DNA from: Nitrososphaerota archaeon
GTDB lineage: Archaea > Thermoproteota > Nitrososphaeria_A > Caldarchaeales > Calditenuaceae
NCBI GenBank assembly: GCA_041641295.1
Contig: JBEPYO010000001.1
Coordinates: 416,001-480,000 of the forward strand
DNA: 64,000 nt
Direction: 5' to 3'
Positions 10,120 through 20,319 of this stretch are shown here, in pieces (position 1 is the stretch's first letter; every line of letters starts with the position of its first letter). Under the pieces are notes generated by a model. That model was not told where the DNA came from. It did no database searches and saw only the letters and a list, made by a program, of their open reading frames with translations. The translations under genes and the position numbers were made by a program.

Positions 10120-11196
10120 TTGGAGGATGTTAGGGTTGGAGTAATAGGTGTTGGCGGGCATGGCAGGGGAAGACACCTCATACCCCTCACCCGAACGCCT
10201 GGGGCAAGAGTGGTAGCTGTCTGCGACACCAATCCTGTAACGCTTGAGAACGTATGCAGGGAGTTTCACCTCGCAGGGTACTCGGACTTCAGAGAGATGA
10301 TTGAGAGGGAGAGTTTGGAGGCTGTAAGCATAGCCACTCCCTCCGGACTCCACCACAGAATTGCTCTGGAGTGTCTCAGGAAGGGGGTCCACGTACTGGT
10401 CGATAAACCTCTCGGAGCAAACCTCCAAGAGGTGGTCGAGGTAGTGAAGGCGGCGAAGCATCATAATAGAGTGCTTATGGTCGGGTTCTGGTCGAGGTTC
10501 TCGCCCGCCCTCAAGTACGGGGTAGAACTCTACGAGTCGGGCAGCCTTGGGGAGCCCTACTACGCGTATGGATACCTCGTGAGGCGGAGGGGGATACCGG
10601 GCAAGCCAACCTTCATCGACAGGGAGCTCTCAGGCGGCAGAGGTGTGCTCCTAGACATAGGCTGCTACATGCTCGACAACATACTGGCACTGACAGGCTT
10701 CCGAAAACCGGTGGCCGCCAGTGGCGCGGTCTACACGAAGTTTGGAAGGAACCCTGAGGAGGTAAAGTTTAACTGGGGGTCATGGAATCCTGACCAGTTC
10801 GAGCTCGAGGACTTCGCCGCAGGGTTTGTGAGGTTTGAGGATGGTTTAACCCTGTGCATAGAGACGGCCTGGGCTGCTAACGTCTCACATAGGGGGGAGG
10901 TGGGTAGACTGAGGGTTTTAGGCGACAAGGGCGGACTAGAGGCTGAAGGACATGAAGCACTCCAAGACATAGGGTTCTACTCAAGGACGTCAAACTTCTT
11001 AACCGACGCTAAACCCGTCCTCCCCAACGTAGACCTCCCCCTCGAGATGACAAAGGCCTTCATCAGGTCGGTTCAGGAAAAAACTGAGCCGCCTGTAACA
11101 GGCTGGCAGAGCATCATACTACACGCCATAATAGACGCCATCTACGAGTCATCCAACACGGGAAGAGAAACAAGAATATCTCTCCCAACAGTCTAG
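10120..11196 (+). CDS. Gfo/Idh/MocA family oxidoreductase
   Basis: GVIGVGGHG, HVLVDKPL, RRRGIPG, GVLLDIGCY. Confidence 0.9.
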   Translation: MEDVRVGVIGVGGHGRGRHLIPLTRTPGARVVAVCDTNPVTLENVCREFHLAGYSDFREMIERESLEAVSIATPSGLHHRIALECLRKGVHVLVDKPLGANLQEVVEVVKAAKHHNRVLMVGFWSRFSPALKYGVELYESGSLGEPYYAYGYLVRRRGIPGKPTFIDRELSGGRGVLLDIGCYMLDNILALTGFRKPVAASGAVYTKFGRNPEEVKFNWGSWNPDQFELEDFAAGFVRFEDGLTLCIETAWAANVSHRGEVGRLRVLGDKGGLEAEGHEALQDIGFYSRTSNFLTDAKPVLPNVDLPLEMTKAFIRSVQEKTEPPVTGWQSIILHAIIDAIYESSNTGRETRISLPTV

Positions 11197-12173
11197 TGTT
11201 TCTCATCAGAGTAGAGCCAGCAGGCCACTTCCACTCCACCACTAGTTCTTATCAGCGGCGGCGCCTTCTTTCTACAGATCTCCATAACGTAGGGACACCT
11301 GTCTGCAAACTTGCAGCCCGGTAGAAGATATTCCTCAACATCCGTTACCGCCACCTTAATCCTCCCAGCCCACTTCCTGTCAACCCTGGGTATTGAGTCG
11401 ATGAGGAGCTGGGTGTAGGGGTGGAGCGGCTCCCTGAAAATGGCCTCAGCCTCTCCAACCTCCGCGAATGACCCCTTATACATCACCGCTATCCTGTCGC
11501 TGATGTAGTAGGCTGTGGCTAGGTCGTGTGTAATGTAAATGAAGTTGATTCCTAAGTCTTCTTTGAGCTGCTTGAATATGTTTAGGATACCCATCCTGAG
11601 GGAGGCGTCAATCATTGAGACAGGCTCATCCGCCACAATTAGCTTCGGCCTCGGAATGATCGCCCTGGCTATTGATAGTCTCTGGACCTGGCCGCCTGAG
11701 AGCTCGTAGGGGGACCTGTCTGCGATGTCCGGTGAGAGTCTCACAGCCTCGAGGGCTTGGTTCACCCGCTCCACAGCCTCATCCCTGTCCTCGACACCAG
11801 CCACCTTGACCGCGGTATGGATGAGGTATGGGTACACCTTCCTGAGGGGGTTGAAGCTCTCAAAAGGGTTCTGGAAAACCGGCTGAACGACCCTAGGCAG
11901 CCATCTGCTCCTCTCCTTTGAAGAGAGTTCTAACACCTGCTTACCCAGAATCTCAATTCTTCCAGACGTTGGCTCTATGAGGCTCAGAATCATTCTAGCA
12001 AGCGTCGTCTTGCCACAACCGCTCTCGCCAACGATCGTGAATATGCTGGCAGAGTCTCCTCCAAGCGTAAAGGAAACATCATCAACCGCCCTGAACTTTT
12101 TCCCAAAAAATATACCGCCGGTCTTGAATACTTTTGTGAGATTCTCGACCTTAAGTATGCTGTTCTCTCTCAT
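11193..12173 (-). CDS. Opp/Dpp-family ABC ATPase (OppF-like)
   Basis: GESGCGKT, LSGGQ, ADEP, HPYT, GCKFADRCP. Confidence 0.93.
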   Translation of the reverse strand: MRENSILKVENLTKVFKTGGIFFGKKFRAVDDVSFTLGGDSASIFTIVGESGCGKTTLARMILSLIEPTSGRIEILGKQVLELSSKERSRWLPRVVQPVFQNPFESFNPLRKVYPYLIHTAVKVAGVEDRDEAVERVNQALEAVRLSPDIADRSPYELSGGQVQRLSIARAIIPRPKLIVADEPVSMIDASLRMGILNIFKQLKEDLGINFIYITHDLATAYYISDRIAVMYKGSFAEVGEAEAIFREPLHPYTQLLIDSIPRVDRKWAGRIKVAVTDVEEYLLPGCKFADRCPYVMEICRKKAPPLIRTSGGVEVACWLYSDEKH

Positions 12174-13160
12174 CTATGCCTTCCCCTCCAAGAGCCAGCA
12201 GGCCACCTCTCTGTCTCCGAGCTTGAGGAGTGGCGGCTCCTCCCTCGAACACTTCTCCATCCTGTAGGGGCATCGTGGATGGAATCTACAGCCAGGGGGC
12301 GGGTTGGCGAGGCTGGGCGGGAGGCCTGAAAGCCCCTCAAGCCTCTTAGACCCACCTATGCGTGGCAGAGAGTTGATAAGGCCCTCAGTGTAGGGGTGGA
12401 GGGGTTCTTTAAACACGTCATCAGTCTTGCCAACCTCTATTATCTTCCCCGCATACATGAGGGCTATCCTATCCGTCACCTGATAGTGAAGACCCATATC
12501 GTGCGAAACGAGAATAAATGAGGTTCCATACATCTCTCTGATTTTCTGTATCATCTCCACAACTCCCCTCTGGTAGACGACGTCGAGGGCAGAGGTTGGC
12601 TCGTCAGCAAGCACAATGCTCGGGTTCATTATAGTTGCGAGGGCGATTACAGTCCTCTGACGCATGCCTCCGCTAAGCTGGTGTGGATAGGAGTTTAGTA
12701 TGCTCTCGCGGAGACCAAGCTCCCGTAGCCTGTCCTTAACTTGCTGAAGAGCCTCCTCCTTCCTAACCCCTCCATACTTCTGGAAAATCTCCAAGAACTG
12801 GCTCCTAATCCTTGAAGTTGGGTTAAGAACGGACATCGAGCCCTGGGGAATGTAGGAGATTACCCTAGCCCTCATCTCTCTCAGCTTATCCTCGCCTATA
12901 CTGTAGAGGTCAACCATCTCCCCATTTGTCGCCTGAAGCCTTATCGTACCTGATAACACCCTCAGAGGCGGAGTCACATCCCTGTATATCGTCCTCATCA
13001 GAGTGGTTTTTCCACACCCCGACTCGCCAGCCAGCCCCACTATCTCACCCTTCTTCACATATAGGCTGACATTGTCCACCGCCCTCACCCTAATACCGTT
13101 TCCGAAAACGTAGTGGGCGGTAACGCCCCTGCAATCTAATACAAGATTGTTCATCGACAT
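12174..13160 (-). CDS. Opp/Dpp-family ABC ATPase (OppD-like)
   Basis: GESGCGKT, LSGGMRQR, DEPTSALD, GCRFHPRCP. Confidence 0.93.
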   Translation of the reverse strand: MSMNNLVLDCRGVTAHYVFGNGIRVRAVDNVSLYVKKGEIVGLAGESGCGKTTLMRTIYRDVTPPLRVLSGTIRLQATNGEMVDLYSIGEDKLREMRARVISYIPQGSMSVLNPTSRIRSQFLEIFQKYGGVRKEEALQQVKDRLRELGLRESILNSYPHQLSGGMRQRTVIALATIMNPSIVLADEPTSALDVVYQRGVVEMIQKIREMYGTSFILVSHDMGLHYQVTDRIALMYAGKIIEVGKTDDVFKEPLHPYTEGLINSLPRIGGSKRLEGLSGLPPSLANPPPGCRFHPRCPYRMEKCSREEPPLLKLGDREVACWLLEGKA

Positions 13161-13170
13161 CCTATGACTT

Positions 13171-14091
13171 TCACCCCCTCGCCTGCCACCTAAGACGTGG
13201 ATTAGAATAGTCCGAGATGCCTTTCGAGATTAGGAAGAGGGAGACGAATATGAGTATTATCGTTATAACTGGTGAGATGAGCCACCACCAGAGACCCCTG
13301 AATAGCGCCGAGTAGTTGAGTGCCCAATATATCATGACTCCGAGTGTCGCCTCGCTAAGTATTGAGACCCCTATTACGGCCAGCGCCGCCTCGCTCGATA
13401 TTGCGAAGAGCACTGTATTCGTCAGGTTTACTAGATGCCAAGGGAGGATGAAGGGTAGATAGTCCCTGAAAACACGTCCCAAGACACCATAGCCTGAGAA
13501 GATTGATGTCGCAATAAAGTCCCGCTCACGCAGAGATAGCACCATAGCCCTGACCTGCCTAGACGGCCAAGGCCAAGAGAAGATACTTATAATCAGGCCC
13601 ATGAGGGGGATAGTCATCACATCCCTCAATAAGACTGCGAGCAGAATAAGAGTCGGGAGTGAGGGTATAACCACGAAGGAGTCTGTCAAAATCATGAGTA
13701 TTCGGTCAGCCAGCCCACCCCTCGCCCCCGCTAGCATACCGAGAATAAGACCAACGTGCGAGGCAACCATGGCAGTTATTAGACCAATAATCAGAGAATT
13801 CTTGATGCTCCACGTCAGAAGCCAGAATACATCCTGCCCGTTCGTCGTCGTGCCTAGGGGGAACTCTAGGCTCGGCGGCTTGTTAGGTGGAACAAGATAC
13901 CAGCGCCTGGGGTCGAAGGGTGAGAACGAGCTGACAGCAACACCTAGGACAATCGTCACCGTAAATATGATCAGCCCGACTCTGAATGCGCGGCTCGTCC
14001 TGAAAACTTCGAGGAAAATACTTGAGAATCTTGCAAGACTTATACCAAGAAATCTTAATGCGTCAACCCCCGTGCGCGGAATTAGGGTCAA
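13171..14091 (-). CDS. Opp/Dpp-family ABC permease (OppC-like)
   Basis: FPLGTTTNGQDVF, RAMVLSLRERDF, GLWWW. Confidence 0.92.
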   Translation of the reverse strand: MTLIPRTGVDALRFLGISLARFSSIFLEVFRTSRAFRVGLIIFTVTIVLGVAVSSFSPFDPRRWYLVPPNKPPSLEFPLGTTTNGQDVFWLLTWSIKNSLIIGLITAMVASHVGLILGMLAGARGGLADRILMILTDSFVVIPSLPTLILLAVLLRDVMTIPLMGLIISIFSWPWPSRQVRAMVLSLRERDFIATSIFSGYGVLGRVFRDYLPFILPWHLVNLTNTVLFAISSEAALAVIGVSILSEATLGVMIYWALNYSALFRGLWWWLISPVITIILIFVSLFLISKGISDYSNPRLRWQARG

Positions 14092-14097
14092 CTTGCC

Positions 14098-15105
14098 TCA
14101 CCTATACCTTACAGTGGGGTCTATTAATGGGTAGAGCAGATCGAGCAGAAGCGTGGCGAGCGAGACACCGAGGATGGATAGCAGAGATATTCCCATTATC
14201 ATGTTGTAGTCATTGTTTATTATCGCTTGGTATAATAGACGACCTAGGCCCGGGTATGCGTAGACAACTTCGGTTAACAGTGCTCCGCTGAAGATTCCAC
14301 CGAGCGCAAGTCCTAAGGCTGTGGTTTGGGGCATGAGGATGTTCCGGATCAGGTAGCGCCTCAACACAATGCTGTTGGGCAAACCCTTTAGCTCGGCGTA
14401 TCTTACATAGTCTTCAGTTTTCTTCTGGCTTGTCAGTGTGAAGGAGGAGAGGAACCACCACCCCAATGCTCCTGGGATAATAATGGATATTGCTGGGAGT
14501 GCCGCGTGCTTTGCCAAGTTCAAAACTAGGTCTAGGCTGAATCCAACCCCAACAATAGTTATCCCACCACCAAGCGGGAAGATAGGTATCAAGAATGCGA
14601 ATGTGAACATCAGGACTAGGGCGAGGATGAAGTAGGGCACCGGGTAAAGGACAACGGCCATGCCTGTCAAGACCTTTGAGAATTTCTTTTGACTGAAGAA
14701 GCCTGAAATTGTCCCAATTATGTTTCCAAGCGTCCAAGAGATAAGTACAGAGAATGTAAGTAGGCCGAGGGTCCAAGGTAGCGCGATGCCTATCAACGTG
14801 GCTACGGGGGTTGGAAAGCTCATTATTGATGGACCCAAGTCTAGTGTAAGCAATCGGCGCCAGACGCCTAGATATTGCTCAACTGGGTTTCCCCTCAGGC
14901 CATATAGCTCGTATAACGTCTGTCTTAGACTCTCAATTGCAGTCGGGTCGTAAAACTGTCCAATCGAGTAGATGAAACCTATCTGTGCCTCGACGGGGTT
15001 GTAGGGGAGTAGTCTTGGTATTACGAAGACTACTGTTACGCCTATCACAACGGTAAGTGCAAAGGCCACAATTCGTGAAGCAATGAATATAAGCAGCTTG
15101 CTCAA
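14098..15105 (-). CDS. Opp/Dpp-family ABC permease (OppB-like)
   Basis: DLGPSIMSFPTPV, EDYVRYAELKGL (EAA loop), GALLTEVVYAYPGLG. Confidence 0.92.
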   Translation of the reverse strand: MSKLLIFIASRIVAFALTVVIGVTVVFVIPRLLPYNPVEAQIGFIYSIGQFYDPTAIESLRQTLYELYGLRGNPVEQYLGVWRRLLTLDLGPSIMSFPTPVATLIGIALPWTLGLLTFSVLISWTLGNIIGTISGFFSQKKFSKVLTGMAVVLYPVPYFILALVLMFTFAFLIPIFPLGGGITIVGVGFSLDLVLNLAKHAALPAISIIIPGALGWWFLSSFTLTSQKKTEDYVRYAELKGLPNSIVLRRYLIRNILMPQTTALGLALGGIFSGALLTEVVYAYPGLGRLLYQAIINNDYNMIMGISLLSILGVSLATLLLDLLYPLIDPTVRYR

Positions 15106-15185
15106 GTGCCCCCGTTAATTTAAGAATGACAGCTTGAATATATATGTTGCATGATAAATCGAAAAATAGAAAAATTCTGAGATGT

Positions 15186-17396
15186 TTACTGGGCTGGTCT
15201 CCTCCGACCTAGTGCTCTGCCAACAGCGATACCGACGACGAGTAATACAATTCCAACAGCCGCAGCAACTCCAGACAGCATTCCCCAGTCAACGGCAGTT
15301 ACGGTCTGCGTCTGCACTTGTGTGACAACCTGTGTTCTCAGCTCAGTTACACGCTGGGTTACTGTCTCTCTCAACGTGACGGTTGTAACACCAGCAGCCG
15401 GTGGAGGACCGCCTACTAGGCTCTGCCACTCGGCCGCAGAGGCAATCTTGACGAGTGGTGTGTTGGCAACTTGTAATGGCTTCGGATCCATTATCGCATC
15501 CTTAGTCGGCGCTCTGCCTGTCGGCTTGACCTTCAGTATAACGAAGAGGTGCTGGCTCCACCATGAGACGGGATCCATGTAGTAGTTTTCTGGGAATGTT
15601 GGCCAGTTCTCCCAAGCATATCCGTCTTGGAACGTGTAGAATGGTGTCGGGAAGAATCCGAGCCAAGGCAGGTCTCTAACCCAGATCTTCAATGCCTCCC
15701 TGTAGAGCTCGAAGGCTCTCGGAGAGCTTGGATCCGTCCTCTCGAGCTCATCAACTATTCTATCAAGCTCTGGGATGGGGGCATCTTTAGTGTTCCAGCC
15801 TGTCCCGTGACCGCCCTCACCCTTCTTCTGGACCCAATACTTGCTACTCCATCTGTTGAACCAGTTGGCGTACAGGTCGAGTATCTGGCTGCAGCCAGGC
15901 CAGAAGGTGCCTACTTGGAAGTCGCCTATGCTGTATGAGGTAGAGAATGGCCCCGACTCTAGTGGAGTCACCTTAACATCGATCCCGAATGCCCTCCACT
16001 GGTCTGCGACTAGGAACGCTATCCTCTGGCTCTCCATCTCGAAGCCTGAGGTGGTCTTAATCTCTATCGTCCACGGAGTACCATCGGGCAATAGCCACTT
16101 GCCGTCAGGACCTCTCTTGAATCCTTGCGCTGTTAGAAGCTGTTCGGCCTTAGCTAGGTCTTGCTTCCAGAATCCGAGCACAGGATACTTCTCGACCCAC
16201 CACGCGTTGTTCTCCCTAGCTATGTCGAGGACCAGTTCTGGGTCATATCCATACTGTTTCAGGTAGTCTAGCAGTGGTATATAGTATGTCTCGATGTCTG
16301 CTGCGTGGGGTATGACTGGGAGGGCAGCAGGTGTTGGTGTGGACTTGTCGATTCCTACGAATGCTCGATATATCGTTCTGTAGTCGATTGCATAGGCTAG
16401 AGCCCATCTTACCTCCCTCTTATCGAAGGGCGGAGTCTTTGTCTGGAAAGCGATACCCTTCACACAGGGGTCAAGCGGCCATGCGAATGGCGCGCTAGCC
16501 CTCCAGCCCTTCAGATACGGGTTATTCTTTATGACGAGCTCCGCCTGCTCGGGAAGCAAAGTCCTCAGAGCGTCCAACTCGTGCTTAGTCATAGCTAGAG
16601 CCTTGGCCTCGTCTGGGCCATGGTTGATGTAGAGGACATATTTCGCAGCAGGAACAACGCCGAAGACCTTTGACCCCCACCAGTTATCAAACCTCTCCCA
16701 CAGGAACCAGTTCCCTGCCGGGTCAACAGCCCTCAGGTTGTATGGGCCGGCACATGTAGGCGGATTATCCTCAAACTTCTGTGGATCCTTTCCCTGCCAG
16801 ACATGCTTAGGTAGAATCCCGCTAGCACCGTATATTATCACTGCATAGAAGTAGTGCCATCTCGGGTTCGGTGAGTTAAGCTCTATTAGAACTGTTAGCC
16901 TGTCTAGAGCCCTTGCGTCCTTTACTGACGCCTTCTCGTTTACACCTATTGGAGCGGGAGCCTCTTTAAGATATTTCAGAGTGAATACGACATCCTCTGC
17001 AGTCAAGGGCGTGCCGTCATTCCAGTACACACCATCCCGCAGCTTCACGATTAGACTGGTGAAGTCTGGCGAGTAGATCGGCGGCTCGGCCGCGATCCAG
17101 GGAATCAACATGCTGTTAGATGTGTTGATGTACCATAGGAAAGCCTTACAGAGCTGCTGATAGCCGCTCCCACCAGGCGCAATAGACGCAGGACCCACAC
17201 CAGGTGAGGCTATCGGGTTCCAGTTATTGGGGTTGGCATAGGTTCCCCAGTGGTTCTCAATTACTAGGACATCGCCCCGTGGGACACCGGCCGGCAGTGG
17301 CAGCTGGCCATAGCTAACCGGCACTGCGGAGAGGGCCAGAGCGGCAACAAGCACCAGCGCGGCGGATATAGCTATATAGGACGTTTTCCTGTTCAT
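15186..17396 (-). CDS. Family 5 solute-binding protein (OppA-like, probably oligosaccharide-binding), C-terminally anchored
   Basis: LRDGVYWNDGTPLTAEDVVFT signature; signal peptide from ATG 17396 (TATA about 26 nt upstream); Thr/Val-rich linker plus TM tail; divergent from GH1. Confidence 0.9.
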   Translation of the reverse strand: MNRKTSYIAISAALVLVAALALSAVPVSYGQLPLPAGVPRGDVLVIENHWGTYANPNNWNPIASPGVGPASIAPGGSGYQQLCKAFLWYINTSNSMLIPWIAAEPPIYSPDFTSLIVKLRDGVYWNDGTPLTAEDVVFTLKYLKEAPAPIGVNEKASVKDARALDRLTVLIELNSPNPRWHYFYAVIIYGASGILPKHVWQGKDPQKFEDNPPTCAGPYNLRAVDPAGNWFLWERFDNWWGSKVFGVVPAAKYVLYINHGPDEAKALAMTKHELDALRTLLPEQAELVIKNNPYLKGWRASAPFAWPLDPCVKGIAFQTKTPPFDKREVRWALAYAIDYRTIYRAFVGIDKSTPTPAALPVIPHAADIETYYIPLLDYLKQYGYDPELVLDIARENNAWWVEKYPVLGFWKQDLAKAEQLLTAQGFKRGPDGKWLLPDGTPWTIEIKTTSGFEMESQRIAFLVADQWRAFGIDVKVTPLESGPFSTSYSIGDFQVGTFWPGCSQILDLYANWFNRWSSKYWVQKKGEGGHGTGWNTKDAPIPELDRIVDELERTDPSSPRAFELYREALKIWVRDLPWLGFFPTPFYTFQDGYAWENWPTFPENYYMDPVSWWSQHLFVILKVKPTGRAPTKDAIMDPKPLQVANTPLVKIASAAEWQSLVGGPPPAAGVTTVTLRETVTQRVTELRTQVVTQVQTQTVTAVDWGMLSGVAAAVGIVLLVVGIAVGRALGRRRPAQ

Positions 17397-17570
17397 GCGG
17401 TAAGAACTGAGTATTGGAAGCATATAAATCTTTTCGGATACACCATAAATTTTACCATCCAAATCCATTCGCATGCCATGCTATTTCATGCACATCTATA
17501 GCTATAATTCTCAAAAATTATTAATAAGCACCATAATCTAGAATTTTTGCTGTGAGAGGGGAGCGCGTAT

Positions 17571-19079
17571 ATGCTCAGGCGTGATTTTATGTGGGGTTTT
17601 TCCGAGGCGGGCTTCCAGTTTGAGATGGGCTACAGCGATGCGGCGATAGATAGGGGAACCGACTGGTATGTCTGGGTTACGGACCCGTTTAACATAATGA
17701 ATAGGGTTGTCAGCGGAGATAGGCCTGAGGATGGGCCGGGCTACTGGGATCTCTACAAGCAGGATCATAAACTGATAGCGGAGCTTGGAGCGAACACGAT
17801 GAGGATTGGGATAGAGTGGAGCAGAATCTTCCCAAAAACAACCCACGAAGTCAAGGCAAAATCAACAATCGAGAACGGAATAGTGAAGGATGTCGAGATA
17901 CCTGCAGAGAGTGAGGGGGAGCTTGAAAGGCTGGCCAACATGGATGCACTCAACCACTACCGCGAGATGATAAGGGATATGAAGGACAGGGGCTTCAAGG
18001 TAATAGTAAACCTAAACCATTTCACACTACCGATTTGGGTTCACGACCCGCTCCGAGCAAGGGCTTCAGCCCTCAGGGAGGGGCCATTGGGCTGGGTGGA
18101 TACTGCCAATGTTGTGGAGTTTGTGAAATATGCACACTTCGTAGGCTCTAAGCTCGCCGACCTTGTTGACATGTGGAGCACCTTCAACGAGCCATATGTT
18201 GTCTCAGATATTGGCTATGGCCGCTACCCGTCCGAGTATGCCTTCCCGCCCGGATTCTTCAGCATCGAGGGACTGACCAAAGCGCGGCTAAACCTGCTAA
18301 TGGCACACGCCCGAGGATACGATGAATTGAAGAAGGTCCTAGGGAAAAACTCGCAAGTAGGAATAATCTATGCGACATCAGCAGTCGAGCCATTCAACAA
18401 GGACAGCGACGCCGACAAGGCCGCCGCCGAAAAGATGAACCATTTCTCCAACCTCTGGTTCTTCGAGACACTGAGTAGGGGAGAGTTAGACCGCTCGATG
18501 CTCGGTCTACAACCTGCAGAGAAGGTACCAGAACTCAAGGACAAGTTCGACTGGATAGGAGTAAACTACTATTCGCGACTTGTGGTGAGGGCTTCGGCGA
18601 TACCGGGCCTCCCCCTGCCATGGACCGTTGTTCCCGGGTATGGGTTTGCCTGTGAGCCGGCCTCGTTCTCGCTGGCTGGGAGGCCTACCTCAGAGTTTGG
18701 TTGGGAAATCTACCCAGAGGGTCTTCGGAACGTCTTACTCATGCTTCAGAGATATGGGAAGCCCATGATAGTAACTGAGAACGGAACGGCCGACAGGTAT
18801 GACAGGATTAGGCCACAGTTCCTGTTCTCCCACATAGCTGCGGTGGAAGATGCCGTCAAGAATGGGGCGGATGTCAGAGGGTATCTGCACTGGAGCTACA
18901 TAGACAACTTTGAGTGGGCACGCGGGTTCGCTATGAGGTTCGGCGTAATCACCTACGACTCCTCTACTAAGAAGAGGAGGCCACGCCCATCATACTATAT
19001 TCTACGCGACATAATACAGCAAAATGGCTTGGACGAGAAGATGCGAGACACTGCAGAGCTACTCTATACTCCTCGCTGA
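17571..19079 (+). CDS. Glycoside hydrolase family 1 (LacS/CelB-like beta-glycosidase)
   Basis: FMWGFSEAGFQFEMG, TFNEP (acid/base), VTENG (nucleophile), DNFEW. Confidence 0.95.
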   Translation: MLRRDFMWGFSEAGFQFEMGYSDAAIDRGTDWYVWVTDPFNIMNRVVSGDRPEDGPGYWDLYKQDHKLIAELGANTMRIGIEWSRIFPKTTHEVKAKSTIENGIVKDVEIPAESEGELERLANMDALNHYREMIRDMKDRGFKVIVNLNHFTLPIWVHDPLRARASALREGPLGWVDTANVVEFVKYAHFVGSKLADLVDMWSTFNEPYVVSDIGYGRYPSEYAFPPGFFSIEGLTKARLNLLMAHARGYDELKKVLGKNSQVGIIYATSAVEPFNKDSDADKAAAEKMNHFSNLWFFETLSRGELDRSMLGLQPAEKVPELKDKFDWIGVNYYSRLVVRASAIPGLPLPWTVVPGYGFACEPASFSLAGRPTSEFGWEIYPEGLRNVLLMLQRYGKPMIVTENGTADRYDRIRPQFLFSHIAAVEDAVKNGADVRGYLHWSYIDNFEWARGFAMRFGVITYDSSTKKRRPRPSYYILRDIIQQNGLDEKMRDTAELLYTPR

Positions 19080-19420
19080 CCAAGAACACCCACCTCAACG
19101 GATTTTTACAGAGCTCGTCGCTTGCTTAGCCGATATTATCCGATTTTATGGATAATGGCTACTAGGTTCCAAACATTCACCGACTGGGAGGATAATCCTA
19201 GTATTGCTTTAGTCTCAGGTGTTATCCCTTCCATCCTTGCTTGTCTCTCGCCTAGAAGCGCTGGAAAAACTGCCGCAGCCCCCTAACCTCCTCCAGCACC
19301 TCGTGAGATATCTTAATCGACAGAGCCTGAGTTCCTTTCAAGAGTCGTCTAATCTGAAACTCTAATGCGTCGAGAGGGGCTGTATTTTGGGAGGGTGGAA
19401 CCCTGTCTACCGTTACTTTG

Positions 19421-19819
19421 CTATCTGTAGCTCTTTTGCTTGAAGCGTCGTGCTGACCGCCTGTTGGGTTTTTTCGGCTCTGTCCTTCTGGGGTCGCCGA
19501 CGAGCAGGTGTCTATCAAGTGATATTATCTTCTCTTTTAGGGCTGCGCTGGCTGCTGCCATTGCGCGGGCGATAGCCATTGCGCAGGCCTCGGCCTGGCC
19601 CATGACCCCTCCTCCCCTGACCTTTATCAGGAAGTCGTGTTTCTTCGCGAATTTCTCGTCGAGCCTCAGAGGCGCTAGTATCTTTTCCCGGGCAAGGGAG
19701 TTGGGTAGGTGGTCTAGGAGCATGCCGTTTATAAATATCCTGCCTGTCCCCGGCCTAAGAAGTAGCCTCGCCTTCGCCTCTTTCCTGAAGCCTGTGAATA
19801 TTGTCTCGGCCTTGACCAT
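19421..19819 (-). CDS. rps9: 30S ribosomal protein S9 (uS9)
   Basis: GGGVMGQAEA, DRHLLVGDPRRTEPKK, QKSYR C-terminus. Confidence 0.96.
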   Translation of the reverse strand: MVKAETIFTGFRKEAKARLLLRPGTGRIFINGMLLDHLPNSLAREKILAPLRLDEKFAKKHDFLIKVRGGGVMGQAEACAMAIARAMAAASAALKEKIISLDRHLLVGDPRRTEPKKPNRRSARRFKQKSYR

Positions 19820-19878
19820 TCTCTGCTAAGAGGATTGTTTGGGGCCCCAACTTATATAGATTCGTCGCTTATGTTCTG

Positions 19879-20301
19879 TTGGTTTTGGCTGAGCCAGGTT
19901 GGGATGAGCGTGTTGAGGCATGGCTCTCAAAACAGACCCGCATCTTACAGGATATTTTCCCTGCGCGGAGAGCCTCGATAAGGGAGCTTCTAGGCCAGCC
20001 GAGACCCTACGTGGAGACTAGAGGTGGGGGGCGGCACTATTTTTCCAGAAGAGATCTGGAGGAGGCTGCTTCGAAGCTGCCCGCCGAGCTCTTGGATGCT
20101 CCCATCTTTCCAATTGTCTTCGCTAGGGGTGAGGCCGAGGACCTATACCTAGTTAGGGGGGCGGAGGCGGCGGCCGCGTTTGCGAAGCTCTCGGATCTCA
20201 GAGGTTTGGACCGCCTTCCTACGGGCGAGTTCTACACGTATAAGTCGCTTGTCCTACACTTCTTATCGAGATATCCGTCTCTGGGAATAATTACTGGATA
20301 G
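19879..20301 (+). CDS. DUF61/UPF0216 family protein
   Basis: P.RR.SI.ELL....P.V.TR.G..HYF...DL pattern; archaeal conserved hypothetical. Confidence 0.7.
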   Translation: MVLAEPGWDERVEAWLSKQTRILQDIFPARRASIRELLGQPRPYVETRGGGRHYFSRRDLEEAASKLPAELLDAPIFPIVFARGEAEDLYLVRGAEAAAAFAKLSDLRGLDRLPTGEFYTYKSLVLHFLSRYPSLGIITG

Positions 20302-20319
20302 TTTGGTGGAGGCTGTCTT

